NCBI GenBank assembly: GCA_903889905.1
Contig: CAISZI010000028.1
Coordinates: 4,156 to 68,155, forward strand
Source of the DNA: Candidatus Wirthbacteria bacterium
GTDB lineage: Bacteria > Patescibacteriota > CG2-30-54-11
Direction of reading: 5' to 3'
Length of the DNA: 64,000 nt
Shown here: one piece after another, positions 9,650-20,110 of the stretch
How positions within the stretch are numbered: the stretch's first letter is position 1
Layout: each line of letters starts with the position of its first letter
Translations under genes and position numbers: made by a program
Notes under the pieces: model-generated
Seen by the model: the letters and a program-made list of their open reading frames with translations, nothing else
Told to the model about the DNA's origin: nothing
Database searches by the model: none

Positions 9650-12600
9650 TCCAATTACACCAACCCAAAACCTGGCTGATCGTCCTGCTCCTCACACTCA
9701 CTTGTGTCGGGTTGGTCGGACAGGCACCAACGGCCGCAGCGGAACAGCTGAGTAGTATTCCCTATTGGTCCGACGCCACCAAGGAATCCGCTCTGCTCAC
9801 ACAAGCAAATAATCAGATTTATGGCAATCCACAGACCGATGCCAGTACCTACATCAAGGGTGCAACAGCCCTTGACAATGACGCCTCACAACTGGCCTCA
9901 ACCATTGAAAATGACGTTATCAGCGTCATCAAAGACACCAAACTGAAGCAACCAGCACAAGTGGCAGCCATCAAAGATATTGTCTACAAAATCTATCGTC
10001 CGGCCAATGCCTTTGTGAATGCATCCCCCAGCAACGGCGCCGACACCAAGGCTTATGTCGCTCAATTTGGCATTGTCAATTTTTTACGCATGTATTTGGG
10101 CCAGTGCACTGGCAGCCTGGGCAGTGACCCTTACTGTTCCAACCAAAGCTGGTATAGTGCTCCCAATGGCGACAATGCCTACAACTATACTGGGCCCAAT
10201 CAAAACGAAGTCCGCACTGCCACAGCCTATTATTTGCAGCAGGCAGCCGTCAAACAACCCTTTTACGATCGATTGAGCATCAACAACGATGGGACGCTCA
10301 CCGAAACGACTGGGATTGTCACCGAAATCAACCAGTTCCTCAAAAATTTGGATGACGCAACCTTGCAATCCAAAATGCTGACCCTGAAGACTTCTATGCT
10401 CGACCCGACTGACCCGACTAAAACTATTAACGTCCCCGAATATTCATTGGCTTCCAGCCAGCTTTACATGATTGTCTCCAAAAACCAAAGCCTGATCACC
10501 AACAAAGACTACACATTTTTCTGGACTTCTGATTATTTCCCCGGTGCGCCGGCTGCCAGCCTGACCACGCTGACTGACCTGACTGCTGATTTTCAATTGG
10601 TGGCCTACGTCCGCGCCAAGACCATTTATGAAAAAAATCGTTCCCAAAAACAGGCCCAATATAGCCTTGCTACCCAACTCACCAAGGAAGTCAGTGATGT
10701 TTACGGCACGCTCACGGCGTCACCCTATGATATGTCTACTGTCGTAAGCACTTTGAGCACCAAATTTGCAACAGTCAAAACATTAGGAAGTACCTGTAGT
10801 GCAGCGGAACAGGGGTACATTGGATGTACAAATAGCAACATTGAACCCATGAACATGGCGGACAATGCCAGTCAAGAAACTGTTATCCAAAACGCAATCG
10901 AAGCTGCCACGCAGGCGGTAGAGAATTACACCAAAACCTACCAAGGCAGCCCCAATCTGGGAGATCCCAATACGATTGCTGATATGGGCAAAGCTCGAGC
11001 CAGTATCTTGGCAGCACGTGATTCCATTTTGCGTTATTTGTCTGAAATGACCGACACCGCCAACCAACGCATCAATGAAGCTACGCTCAACATCGACCAG
11101 CTCGCCAATATCATTGGCAACCAGCTCTCGTCGCTCACCTCTGTCAATTCGCTCTGGACAGAGCTGCGCAAAGCCCTGATGAACCTGATCACCTGGTTAT
11201 TCAGCATTTTTGGCAAAATACTTAACTTTGGTATGACCTCGATCAACAACGAAGCGAGTTTGAATGCCATCTTCACGCTCACCGTCGGACTGGCCAACAT
11301 GATGTTTGTGCTCCTGGTGGCGCTTGCGGGACTCGCGATTGCGCTGGAGTGGAATGTGCAGACATACAGCATCCGCAACATTATCTGGCGCTTTATTGTG
11401 AGCGTCATCGCGGCTAATGCCAGTTTCCTGATTTCCCGCATTTTTGTCGACTTTTCCCTGATTTTTTCCAATGTTTTCCTCAGCATGGCATCCACTCTGA
11501 CCAGCAATACGACGGAATTGTTTATTCGCATGGGCACGGTTAACGGCACCTCCACGCTCGGACTTTCCAGTGCTGCCTTAAGTCATTTATTCGGTTCGCT
11601 GCTTACTTCCAATACCGCCGCGGTGGCCAATAATGTTTTTCAGAATGACATTTCCGCCGTGCTGGTCCTGGTCGTGATTATGCTGATTGTCGCGGCGGTT
11701 GACATCATGTTGATCGTGCGTACGGCAGCGATGTGGTTACTGATCATCGGTTCGCCCTTTATCCTGGCGCTCAATGTTCTGCCCAACACCCGCAGCATTT
11801 TGTCCAAATTCGCCAAAATTTTTGCCCAGCTGCTGGTGATCGCACCGATTGTAGCCATGATCTTCCTGATTGGTATTTCTCTGGCACAGTTGAGCGATGA
11901 TTTGCTCAAAATCCTGATTGGAATCGCCACCTTTACACTGATGTTGCTCTCGCCGTCGTTCCTGTCTTTTTTCAGCAACATTGTCAAAATCAACAAACGT
12001 TCGGATGCCCGCACGGCCATTGCCACCGCCTACAACAACAACTCCGCGCCGACATCTCCGCCCGGGAGCAGCGCCAAACCGAATTCCCCCACAGGGCCTG
12101 CTGGAACCAGTATCAAAAATACGTTTAATACCAATATCAAAAATTTCATCAACCGTCCCAAAAATGAAACCATGCCCGCAGGTCTGGGTGAACTGCCTCC
12201 GCAATCCATCCTGACTGCGGTCAAAAGCGGTGTGCTGAATAAACTGCCGCCCGAGGAACTGGACAAAGCTTTTAGCAAAATGAGCAAAGCCCAACGCGAA
12301 GCGCTGCTCTCGACCTTCAATGCCAAAGACCGAAATAGCGACCCGCTGTGGACCGAAGACCAGCAGGAACTGATCGGGAAACAGGTGAGCAAAAGCGATA
12401 TCAATGGCGCAGTACGCTCGAGTGAGTTGATTTCCAAAGCCTCGGTGGCCAAAGATTTCAATATCAACAAATTTGTCAAAACCGCAACGCCCTCAACGGG
12501 AGGAACCGAGCCCCTTGCCGATGAAATCAGCAACCAACTGGCGCAGGAACAAAACGATCAGCTCCAAAACAACTTACAGCATAAACTGGAAAGCAATAAA

Positions 12601-15387
12601 CTCTCTCCCCAGCTACTGCAGACGCTGTTCAGTCACGCACGCGGTGTTCCCTTTTTGGGTGGCCTGCTCAAATCCGGTACCGGCAGACCCCTGGGTGAAG
12701 CACTGGTCGGCAGCTACTATCAGAGCAATCCCCGCGAGATCACAGCGCTGGCCGGTGACATCAATGCTTCCGACTCTGTCCGTTCCGACGCCGCCAAAAC
12801 TGTGCTCAAAGTCGGTGTCGAAGCTTTGGGACAGGCACTCATGCAAAATCCCGATGATCCACAGCTCCGCGCCGCGGCCAAAGACCTGGTGACGATCATG
12901 CCCGAACAAATTGCCTCACTCTTAAGTGGCAATGACGACAAACAGTCACTGCGGGAATCCTTTGTCAATCAAGGCTTGTATCGCCAAGCTCCCTCGACCA
13001 CTGCCCCGGTCATGAGTTTTGATACAGCTCAGCCGCTCGGCACCTTCTCGACTCAACCGCTGCCGGCCAACGGCAACGGCCAGATTGACCAGAGCACCGC
13101 GAATGACATGAGTGGCTTGTACCGTCCCATACCCCCGGCCCATGTCCCGGTCATGAATTTTGATGGGGCGCAGCCGCTCGGTCCAGCCTCGGCTCAACAA
13201 CTGCAAGCCAAAATCAGTGGCCAGATCGACCAGATCACAGCGGGTGACGTGAGTGGACTGCTGGATAAAATGAACGAAATACCTACGCTTTACCGGAATT
13301 CACTGGGCAACCTCGTTGATCAATACAATCAGCAACTGGGTCATTTCGGTAACCAGGGCACACTAAGCCAATCCGCCGCCCAAACCATTAATCAAAATCG
13401 CGACCGTATCGCCCAGCTCGGCTTTAATTTAAAACAAACCGCCAATCAGGACATGGCTGCCGCGGGTGAATTAACGCGCATGAGTGGCCCCGAACTGCAG
13501 CAAGCCAGCGCCGATCTGCTGTCGGTTGGACTCCCGGCGATGATCGCCTCCAACCCTCAAGCCGTGAACGCTACTCTGATGGACCGTACGCTCCAGGGCT
13601 TGTCCCAAAACCCCGAAGTTTTCAAACCACTTATCTACTCCATGCTGTCGCCGCAGTCCGATATCCCGCCCGCCGTGTATGCCAATGGCTTGCAGGAACT
13701 GTTGCAGACCCATCCCGAAATGGTCATGCCCGAACATGTGGGTCACGCCATCAGCAATCTCAGCACCAATCCCGAAGCCTATTCACCTGTGGTCGGCGCC
13801 ATGGCCGAAATGTTTAATCAAAACAAAGACAAGATTGGTCAGACTGGACAACTTTCCATTCCTGCTGCCGCCGAACTGGCAGTCCACGCCGACGAACTTG
13901 CCACCCACAACGCCCCCTTGATCCTGAACGCCTTGCCCAATCCGACGCCGGAACTCAGTGCTGCCATTGCCAGCAAAGCTGCCAGTCAAGGGATCATGGG
14001 ATTACCCGATGGATTGATCCATGACGGTCTGGATTTCACACTCCAGAACCAATCCCTGGAATTCACCCCCGAGCAGTTTGCCCTGGTGGAAAATCGCGCC
14101 AGAGAAAATCCGGCAGAATACATGCCGCTTTTAAATCAAGTTGTTGAACATTTCAATGACTCCAATCTGGATGGCGCTGACCTTAAGCTCAACATGCCTG
14201 CCATGATGACCGTTGCCAGCCAGGAAAATTCACTGCGCGATCTTGGCTTTGAAATCAGCAGCCAGATCAGCGGACAACTCAAAAACCTGGCCTCCTCCCA
14301 AAACCTCGACCTCGGCAGCCTCGACAACATTGAAAAAGCGATTCGTGAAATTCCCAAAAACATGTCCCTGCCCAACCCCGGCGAAAACACCACAGAGAAT
14401 GCGGCCAAAAACACCAAATACGACGAACTTCCGGGCCTGGTGCACAAAACCGCCGCCGACCAGGACGAACTGGCGCGCGACAAAGTGGATATTGCCTCCA
14501 GCCTGGGCAAAAAGAACAGCCATTCTGACAATCTGGGCACGCTCGAGGATTATGCCCTCAATGTCCAAAGTGCGCTGATTGCCGGCGAAATGAGTCCGGA
14601 TTCGGCTTCGCCTGTCGACAAAAATGCCGAAATCGACGCGGTCAGTTTGCACGACCTGGCCAAATCGCTTGACCCCGGTACCGCAAGCTCGCTAATTCCC
14701 GAAAGCACGCAGTTTGTCCTGCCAGAGACAACTACCGGTGGCACTTTTGAAAGCCCAGCCGAACTCAGCGGCCAACCCGATCTGATGGCTGCAGTATCCA
14801 ACAATGAAGCGAACAACAAATCCAATGACTGGCCCCAGAAACCTTTTGCCTCTGATGCCATCCGCCCGGATGCGCCACTTGCGGACGACAAGGCCTCGAT
14901 CCAAAGCGGCATGAACGATCTCAACAAATTCCTCAGCAGCAAACCCCAGGCTATGCCCATTCCGACGGGTAACGCGGCAGCGCCCGCTGCAGCCGCCACC
15001 GATATGATGATCGATTATCAAGCCATCAAGGATTCCACGCTACCCAATGTACCTTTTCCTGAAACGATCGTCTCTGCCATCAGCGTAACGCCGGAATTGG
15101 AAAAAATCCTCAACCATAACCGCCTTGATGCTACCATTCCACCCAACACGTCGATCAAAATTGCGGAACCGCTGCAGGTTAAATCAGAATTATCAGCTGG
15201 CTCTGTCCAAAACCCGGCCAAACCGCTCAACCCATCCATTTTGCCTAATCAGAACAAGCTCAGCGACAATCTGCAGGATTTTGCCGCCAATGTCCAAAAC
15301 GCTGTCGGCCCGTCACCGGATGAAATTTTCCTCAACCCTGTCCCGGATGCCATCGCCGCTTTATCGCTCAAAGACCAAAAGGATTAA
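9646..15387 (+). CDS. Giant VirB6/TrbL-like polytopic membrane protein (~1913 aa)
   Basis: ATGA overlap with the pilin stop; signal peptide, large exported domain, multi-TM core (RFIVSVIAANAS; LIVRTAAMWLLIIGSPF), long C-terminal tail. Confidence 0.7.
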   Translation: MIQLHQPKTWLIVLLLTLTCVGLVGQAPTAAAEQLSSIPYWSDATKESALLTQANNQIYGNPQTDASTYIKGATALDNDASQLASTIENDVISVIKDTKLKQPAQVAAIKDIVYKIYRPANAFVNASPSNGADTKAYVAQFGIVNFLRMYLGQCTGSLGSDPYCSNQSWYSAPNGDNAYNYTGPNQNEVRTATAYYLQQAAVKQPFYDRLSINNDGTLTETTGIVTEINQFLKNLDDATLQSKMLTLKTSMLDPTDPTKTINVPEYSLASSQLYMIVSKNQSLITNKDYTFFWTSDYFPGAPAASLTTLTDLTADFQLVAYVRAKTIYEKNRSQKQAQYSLATQLTKEVSDVYGTLTASPYDMSTVVSTLSTKFATVKTLGSTCSAAEQGYIGCTNSNIEPMNMADNASQETVIQNAIEAATQAVENYTKTYQGSPNLGDPNTIADMGKARASILAARDSILRYLSEMTDTANQRINEATLNIDQLANIIGNQLSSLTSVNSLWTELRKALMNLITWLFSIFGKILNFGMTSINNEASLNAIFTLTVGLANMMFVLLVALAGLAIALEWNVQTYSIRNIIWRFIVSVIAANASFLISRIFVDFSLIFSNVFLSMASTLTSNTTELFIRMGTVNGTSTLGLSSAALSHLFGSLLTSNTAAVANNVFQNDISAVLVLVVIMLIVAAVDIMLIVRTAAMWLLIIGSPFILALNVLPNTRSILSKFAKIFAQLLVIAPIVAMIFLIGISLAQLSDDLLKILIGIATFTLMLLSPSFLSFFSNIVKINKRSDARTAIATAYNNNSAPTSPPGSSAKPNSPTGPAGTSIKNTFNTNIKNFINRPKNETMPAGLGELPPQSILTAVKSGVLNKLPPEELDKAFSKMSKAQREALLSTFNAKDRNSDPLWTEDQQELIGKQVSKSDINGAVRSSELISKASVAKDFNINKFVKTATPSTGGTEPLADEISNQLAQEQNDQLQNNLQHKLESNKLSPQLLQTLFSHARGVPFLGGLLKSGTGRPLGEALVGSYYQSNPREITALAGDINASDSVRSDAAKTVLKVGVEALGQALMQNPDDPQLRAAAKDLVTIMPEQIASLLSGNDDKQSLRESFVNQGLYRQAPSTTAPVMSFDTAQPLGTFSTQPLPANGNGQIDQSTANDMSGLYRPIPPAHVPVMNFDGAQPLGPASAQQLQAKISGQIDQITAGDVSGLLDKMNEIPTLYRNSLGNLVDQYNQQLGHFGNQGTLSQSAAQTINQNRDRIAQLGFNLKQTANQDMAAAGELTRMSGPELQQASADLLSVGLPAMIASNPQAVNATLMDRTLQGLSQNPEVFKPLIYSMLSPQSDIPPAVYANGLQELLQTHPEMVMPEHVGHAISNLSTNPEAYSPVVGAMAEMFNQNKDKIGQTGQLSIPAAAELAVHADELATHNAPLILNALPNPTPELSAAIASKAASQGIMGLPDGLIHDGLDFTLQNQSLEFTPEQFALVENRARENPAEYMPLLNQVVEHFNDSNLDGADLKLNMPAMMTVASQENSLRDLGFEISSQISGQLKNLASSQNLDLGSLDNIEKAIREIPKNMSLPNPGENTTENAAKNTKYDELPGLVHKTAADQDELARDKVDIASSLGKKNSHSDNLGTLEDYALNVQSALIAGEMSPDSASPVDKNAEIDAVSLHDLAKSLDPGTASSLIPESTQFVLPETTTGGTFESPAELSGQPDLMAAVSNNEANNKSNDWPQKPFASDAIRPDAPLADDKASIQSGMNDLNKFLSSKPQAMPIPTGNAAAPAAAATDMMIDYQAIKDSTLPNVPFPETIVSAISVTPELEKILNHNRLDATIPPNTSIKIAEPLQVKSELSAGSVQNPAKPLNPSILPNQNKLSDNLQDFAANVQNAVGPSPDEIFLNPVPDAIAALSLKDQKD

Positions 15388-16118
15388 CTCTCAGGCTGAA
15401 GCCAAAAAAGATACTCGTGATTGCCTTTATCCCCGACGAGCGGCGACTCGACAAAACCTTTTTCCAGCAAATGATTGGATTTGCACCACTGTCTGAAATC
15501 CTCCAGCAACCCGGCATGGATGGCCAGGTCCTTGATCACACCCTTGCAGCGTGCCACGATGTTGTCACTCGCCTCAAACTGTGGCTTGAACAAAACCACC
15601 AGATCACCCCCGGCAGCAAGCCATTTGGTTACATGCGGCAAAATTGATCGCAATGAGACAAAGGAAACATCCACAACAATTAAAGCCACCTGTTCCTCCA
15701 GCTTTTCAATTTGGCGGGCATCGTGCCGTTCCAGATTGATCACGCGCTCATCCTGCCTAAGTTTCGCATCCAGTTGCCCATAGCCCACGTCAATCGCATA
15801 AACCTTACGCGCCCCACGCCGCAGTACGGCATCGGTAAAACCACCGGTGGATGCGCCCACGTCTGCCACGACCAAATCACGGACGTCGAGCTGAAACAGC
15901 TGCAACGCATGGTCCAGTTTGTGGCCACCGCGCCCGACAAAACGAAGTGGCGCAGCTTCCACGATAATTGTCATTGGCTCACTCACCAATTGTCCGGGAC
16001 GCAATTCTTTTAGCCCATTCACCTTGACCAGACCCGATGTGATCGTTCGCTGGGCTTGATTGCGACTTTCGCTCAAGTGACGGGCGACCAGGGCATCGTC
16101 CAGACGCATTTTCTTCAT
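15384..16118 (-). CDS. tlyA: TlyA family rRNA 2'-O-methyltransferase
   Basis: S4 domain RLD..SR, RGGHKL, DVGASTGGFT, DVSFVSL, KPQFE. Confidence 0.93.
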   Translation of the reverse strand: MKKMRLDDALVARHLSESRNQAQRTITSGLVKVNGLKELRPGQLVSEPMTIIVEAAPLRFVGRGGHKLDHALQLFQLDVRDLVVADVGASTGGFTDAVLRRGARKVYAIDVGYGQLDAKLRQDERVINLERHDARQIEKLEEQVALIVVDVSFVSLRSILPHVTKWLAAGGDLVVLFKPQFEASDNIVARCKGVIKDLAIHAGLLEDFRQWCKSNHLLEKGFVESPLVGDKGNHEYLFWLQPES

Positions 16119-16122
16119 GGTA

Positions 16123-16623
16123 TTAACCGACGAAATAATTGACAGAGAGTCCCAGCAATAGTCCCAGAACCGCACCCGCGATCACCTGCGGAAATGTGTG
16201 TCCAATACGCTGTTCGAGCATGACTTTATGTTCACGATGGTCAATATCGGCTTCAATATCGAGTAAATAATTCAACGCTTCAGCCTGTTCACCTGCCGCC
16301 CTCCGTACACCCCGAGCGTCATACATGACAATGATGGCAAAGGTCAGGGCAATCGCGAATAAATAGCTGTTAAACCCCGTACGCAGCCCGATCACCGTGG
16401 CCAGCGAACTAACGGAAGACGCATGCGTACTTGGCATGCCGCTCGCCGACCACACCAGTGACCAATCCCAGCGGCGGCGTCGCAGGTAAAAATACCCAAC
16501 CTTGATAAACTGCCCCACCACAAAGCTCAATAAAACGGCGAGCAGTGCTGGTGACGAAGTAATTTCCTGGCCAAAGTCCACGAGCGATTTCTGACTGAAT
16601 ATCTGCACCAACGTATGTAGCAT
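16123..16623 (-). CDS. Divergent PAP2 family protein (DUF212)
   Basis: SGMPSTH, IVMYDARGVRRAAG, GHTFPQV motifs. Confidence 0.9.
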   Translation of the reverse strand: MLHTLVQIFSQKSLVDFGQEITSSPALLAVLLSFVVGQFIKVGYFYLRRRRWDWSLVWSASGMPSTHASSVSSLATVIGLRTGFNSYLFAIALTFAIIVMYDARGVRRAAGEQAEALNYLLDIEADIDHREHKVMLEQRIGHTFPQVIAGAVLGLLLGLSVNYFVG

Positions 16624-16725
16624 TTTATGACCAACCCTCAAAAACAAGCCAGCCAAATACTATGGGATTTGTACTAAAAAAGCAAAGCAGGGGCAGATTG
16701 CAATACGCACTCCCCCGACCTGAAC

Positions 16726-17793
16726 CTACTGTTTAAATTCCGCCTTCGTCAACGTCTCTACTCCCTTTTCCGTCATCAACACCGTATCCTCGAGTCGTAT
16801 TCCAAACTCTCCCGGCAAATACACCGCTGGTTCCAACGTAAATACCATGCCCGGCAACAGTGGTTGTGCGGTGGGCATCAGCTGGTTCAGCGTTGGCGAT
16901 TCATGCACATGCGGATCCAACCCCACACCATGGCCTAAACCATGCGTAAAGGGTGGCAGACTATTTGCGGCGATTAAGTCTTTGGCCAGTTTGTCCAGCG
17001 TCCTGCCATCCACGCCCGGCTGACAAGCCGCACGCGCTGCTTGCAGTGATGCTTTGACACAATCATAAACCTGTGCCCATCTGGGCTGTGGCTCACCGAC
17101 AAACACCACACGGCTCAAGTCCGAACCATACCCCCCAATGCGGACGCCAATATCAAACTGCACGATGTCATTGACCTCAAGCCGACTCTCGCCGGGTTGA
17201 TGATGCGGGTTGGCTGAATTGGTGCCAAAGGCCACGATCGGTTCAAACGACAATTCGTGTCCGGCACCAAGGATAGATTGCTTAAGCATAATCGCCACCT
17301 GCTTTTCGCTCATGCCGGGCTTAAGCTGGGCAACAGCCAAGCGCAGTTGCTCGTCGGTCGCCCTGGAAGCCTGCCGCAGACATTCAATCTCATCGCTGTC
17401 CTTGACCAAACGTTGCTTCTCAATAACTCCCACAGCTGATGCTAATTCTGCTGACAGTGCTGTTGCCATGCGGTCGCGCAGGTGCACCGTGATGTGATCT
17501 GCTTCAAATAAAATCGTCTGCAACTGCCGCTCCGACACAATTGTTCCAAGTGTTTTGAGTAGCGGCCCAAGAAGTACTTCCAGGCCAAGTCGGGCTCCGA
17601 CCTGCTGCAGTTCATTTTCATAAAGTGGACTGCCCAGGATGAACGTCTTGTCAGTTGCCAGCAGTAAGACCACGTCAAAATCACTGTGGCCGCTTGCACC
17701 AATCAGATAAAAGACATTTTCCCGCCGCGTCACGAGCAATGACTGCCCTGCAAGTTGAGCCGTAACCTGATGGATACGCTGCAAATAGTTCAT
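16726..17793 (-). CDS. Xaa-Pro aminopeptidase (M24 family)
   Basis: DIG...GYGSDLSR, HGLGHGVG, HESP, TLEP, GIRLED. Confidence 0.93.
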   Translation of the reverse strand: MNYLQRIHQVTAQLAGQSLLVTRRENVFYLIGASGHSDFDVVLLLATDKTFILGSPLYENELQQVGARLGLEVLLGPLLKTLGTIVSERQLQTILFEADHITVHLRDRMATALSAELASAVGVIEKQRLVKDSDEIECLRQASRATDEQLRLAVAQLKPGMSEKQVAIMLKQSILGAGHELSFEPIVAFGTNSANPHHQPGESRLEVNDIVQFDIGVRIGGYGSDLSRVVFVGEPQPRWAQVYDCVKASLQAARAACQPGVDGRTLDKLAKDLIAANSLPPFTHGLGHGVGLDPHVHESPTLNQLMPTAQPLLPGMVFTLEPAVYLPGEFGIRLEDTVLMTEKGVETLTKAEFKQ

Positions 17794-17823
17794 GCGTAGT
17801 TCTCCACAAATCGATAGATACCA

Positions 17824-17850
17824 GTAGAGACGCAACCTGTTGCGTCTCTA
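17824..17850. repeat. GTAG-type REP-like palindrome
   Basis: GTAGAGACGCAACCTGTTGCGTCTCTA. Confidence 0.6.
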
Positions 17851-17894
17851 TCCTGCTGGCCCAAAAAATTGTTGCCGCTTGCGACCAACGAATC

Positions 17895-18173
17895 CTAGTA
17901 TTCCACCTTGACGGTGTAGGGCATGAGCGCCATGTAACGGGCACGTTTGATGGCATTGGCCACCGCGCGCTGGTGTTTGGCACACAGACCGGTTTTCTTG
18001 CGTCCGACAATTTTACCTACGTCCGTGGTGTATTTCTTGAGCGTGGACACGTCTTTGTAATCAATCTCGACGTCTTTGTCCTCGCAGAATTTGCAACAAC
18101 GTTTTTTGAACGTAAAGGTAGGACGGATCATGCCGGCGGAAGCACTTTTTCTGGCATCGTTCTCAGGTAACAT
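17895..18173 (-). CDS. rpsR: 30S ribosomal protein S18
   Basis: CKFC...IDYKD...[15 protein letters not shown]. Confidence 0.97.
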   Translation of the reverse strand: MLPENDARKSASAGMIRPTFTFKKRCCKFCEDKDVEIDYKDVSTLKKYTTDVGKIVGRKKTGLCAKHQRAVANAIKRARYMALMPYTVKVEY

Positions 18174-18211
18174 AAACTTATTTACTCCTATGGATTAAAA
18201 CGTCGGATGGA

Positions 18212-19162
18212 TTAGAAAGGAATTTCGTCATCGTTCTTGGACGAAGTGGAATTGGCATCGGTTTGGGATGAAGCATCGGTGTTCACTTTGCTGCCTGAGA
18301 AGGCGGCATCATGGGCAAGCAGTTCATCCACCGAACCGTAGACGACATTGCTGCTGGCCTGGGTTGGCGCGGGGGCAATGTTTTCCATGGCTGCAGCCGA
18401 GGATAATGGCGCAGCGGTTGGCACAGAAGGAGACTGCGACTGCATTTCATCGCGCACTGTGGAACCAATGATGTAGGCACCAACGGTTTCGGTCTTGTGG
18501 CGTTTGACACCATCTTCACCCTGCCAGGAACGGTTTTGGAGGCGGCCTTCGACAAACACTTTCTGGCTTTTCTTGATATCTTTGGAACTGGATTCGGCCA
18601 AGCCGTTCCAACAAACGATATTGTGAAATTCCGTCGATTCCTGGCGCTGGCCTTCGGAATTGGTCCAGACGCGATTGGTGGCAACGACAAAGGTTGTCAC
18701 GGCGGTACCGCTGGGCAAAAAGCGCAGTTCAGGTTCGCGCGCGACATTACCAATGATCTGGACACGGTTGAGGCATTCGGTGGAGGGCAACTTGATCTCG
18801 CCTTCGGTTGGCACACTGGGAGCGGATCCGGCGCGACCGCCCATCAACACCATGTCATCGGCCACGAGTTCGGTGCGGTAATGTTTGATACCTTCCTGGT
18901 CTTCCCAGCTGCGCGTCTGCAAACGGCCTTCGACAAACACTTTGCTGCCAGCCACGAGGAGTTGATTGCAAATCTCGGCTAACTTGCTCCAGGTGACAAC
19001 GTTGGTATATTCGGGTGATTCCTGCGCACTGTTTGCATCATCGGTCCAGCCACGGTAGGTCAGCACGGTAAAAGTGGTCACCGCTGTGCCACTGGGCATA
19101 TAACGCATTTCGGGATTACGAGGCAGCACACCAATCAGTTGAACACGGTTTAAAGCTTGCAT
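18212..19162 (-). CDS. ssb: Single-stranded DNA-binding protein with two tandem OB folds
   Basis: Two LNRVQxIG...KVFVEGRLQxRSW units, acidic tail DDEIPF, lies between rpsF and rpsR. Confidence 0.95.
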   Translation of the reverse strand: MQALNRVQLIGVLPRNPEMRYMPSGTAVTTFTVLTYRGWTDDANSAQESPEYTNVVTWSKLAEICNQLLVAGSKVFVEGRLQTRSWEDQEGIKHYRTELVADDMVLMGGRAGSAPSVPTEGEIKLPSTECLNRVQIIGNVAREPELRFLPSGTAVTTFVVATNRVWTNSEGQRQESTEFHNIVCWNGLAESSSKDIKKSQKVFVEGRLQNRSWQGEDGVKRHKTETVGAYIIGSTVRDEMQSQSPSVPTAAPLSSAAAMENIAPAPTQASSNVVYGSVDELLAHDAAFSGSKVNTDASSQTDANSTSSKNDDEIPF

Positions 19163-19295
19163 TGTGGTTTACACCTAAACTACTGGATTAAACAACGAAA
19201 GGACACTCACAATCTTGGTATTACTTCACTTCCTCCTTGGTTAACTGGACAATGTCCGACCCCAAACAAATGGAGCGAATGACCAGTAATTGGAA

Positions 19296-19736
19296 CTATT
19301 CAGCCGTTACAGTTTCCTGTGCCGTGGCTTCGGCAGCGACAACCGGTGCAACTTCGGCAACTTCATCCGAAGTTCCACTTTTTGTCATTTTTTTCAATTC
19401 ATCATCGCCTGCCATGTCGGCAAACACGTCAATATCGCCACCTTCACGGTCGCCAGTCTTGAGCATGATGAAACGCAGCACTTTTTCAATGCTTTTGAGA
19501 CGGGTTTCAAATTCGGCAGCTTTTTCTTCACCAATCAACACCTGCATGATGACATAATATCCATAGTCAAATCCGCCGATATCATAAGCAAGCTCTCTCA
19601 GACCCCAGGGGCGCACACGCAGTACGCGGCCTTCGAGCTTTTCCACCAGGGCACGGATTTCTTCGACTTTGGCTTCGTGCGTACCTTCTTTGATATCTCT
19701 CTGGGCCACAATAAACATGAGTTCGTATTCCCGCAT
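19296..19736 (-). CDS. rpsF: 30S ribosomal protein S6
   Basis: MREYELMFI, WGLRELAYDI, VLRF. Confidence 0.96.
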   Translation of the reverse strand: MREYELMFIVAQRDIKEGTHEAKVEEIRALVEKLEGRVLRVRPWGLRELAYDIGGFDYGYYVIMQVLIGEEKAAEFETRLKSIEKVLRFIMLKTGDREGGDIDVFADMAGDDELKKMTKSGTSDEVAEVAPVVAAEATAQETVTAE

Positions 19737-19775
19737 CGATGCGTTCCTTAAATGAAAATGAATCAAACAGGCCAA

Positions 19776-19805
19776 ATTATACTAACGAAAACCACTTTTG
19801 GTCAA
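19776..19805 (-). promoter_or_regulatory. sigma70-type promoter of rpsF-ssb-rpsR
   Basis: Minus strand TTGACC-18 nt-TATAAT, ~40 nt upstream of rpsF. Confidence 0.6.
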
Positions 19806-20035
19806 CAATACAATAAAAGTGAGGTGTGGGTGATGAGTCTGAAACTGGGTAAGTGCCAACTTTGGCACCTCTCATCCCCGCTGCTCACTGAGGTGAATTT
19901 TTGTCTGAAAGAACGAGAAATTATGGTTTGGCGGTGGTAAAAAAAACCATCTGTGTCGCCAGTCCTCCTTCGCTGCCGCAGCTTCGGAGGACACTATTGC
20001 TGTCAAACCAAGCCCAGAGGCTTGGGACAGCAATG

Positions 20036-20110
20036 TGGAGGCGACGAGCGGATTCGAACCGCTGCATGAAGGTTTTGCAGACCTCTCCCTTACCACTTGG
20101 GTACGTCGCC
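20036..20110 (-). tRNA. tRNA-Cys (GCA)
   Basis: GGCGACGTACCCAAGTGGTAAGGGAGAGGTCTGCAAAACCTTCATGCAGCGGTTCGAATCCGCTCGTCGCCTCCA: cloverleaf, GCA anticodon, encoded CCA. Confidence 0.97.

Noticed and set aside
20036-20110. tRNA-Cys as an island attachment site
   Set aside because: No integrase and no duplicated tRNA 3' end were seen
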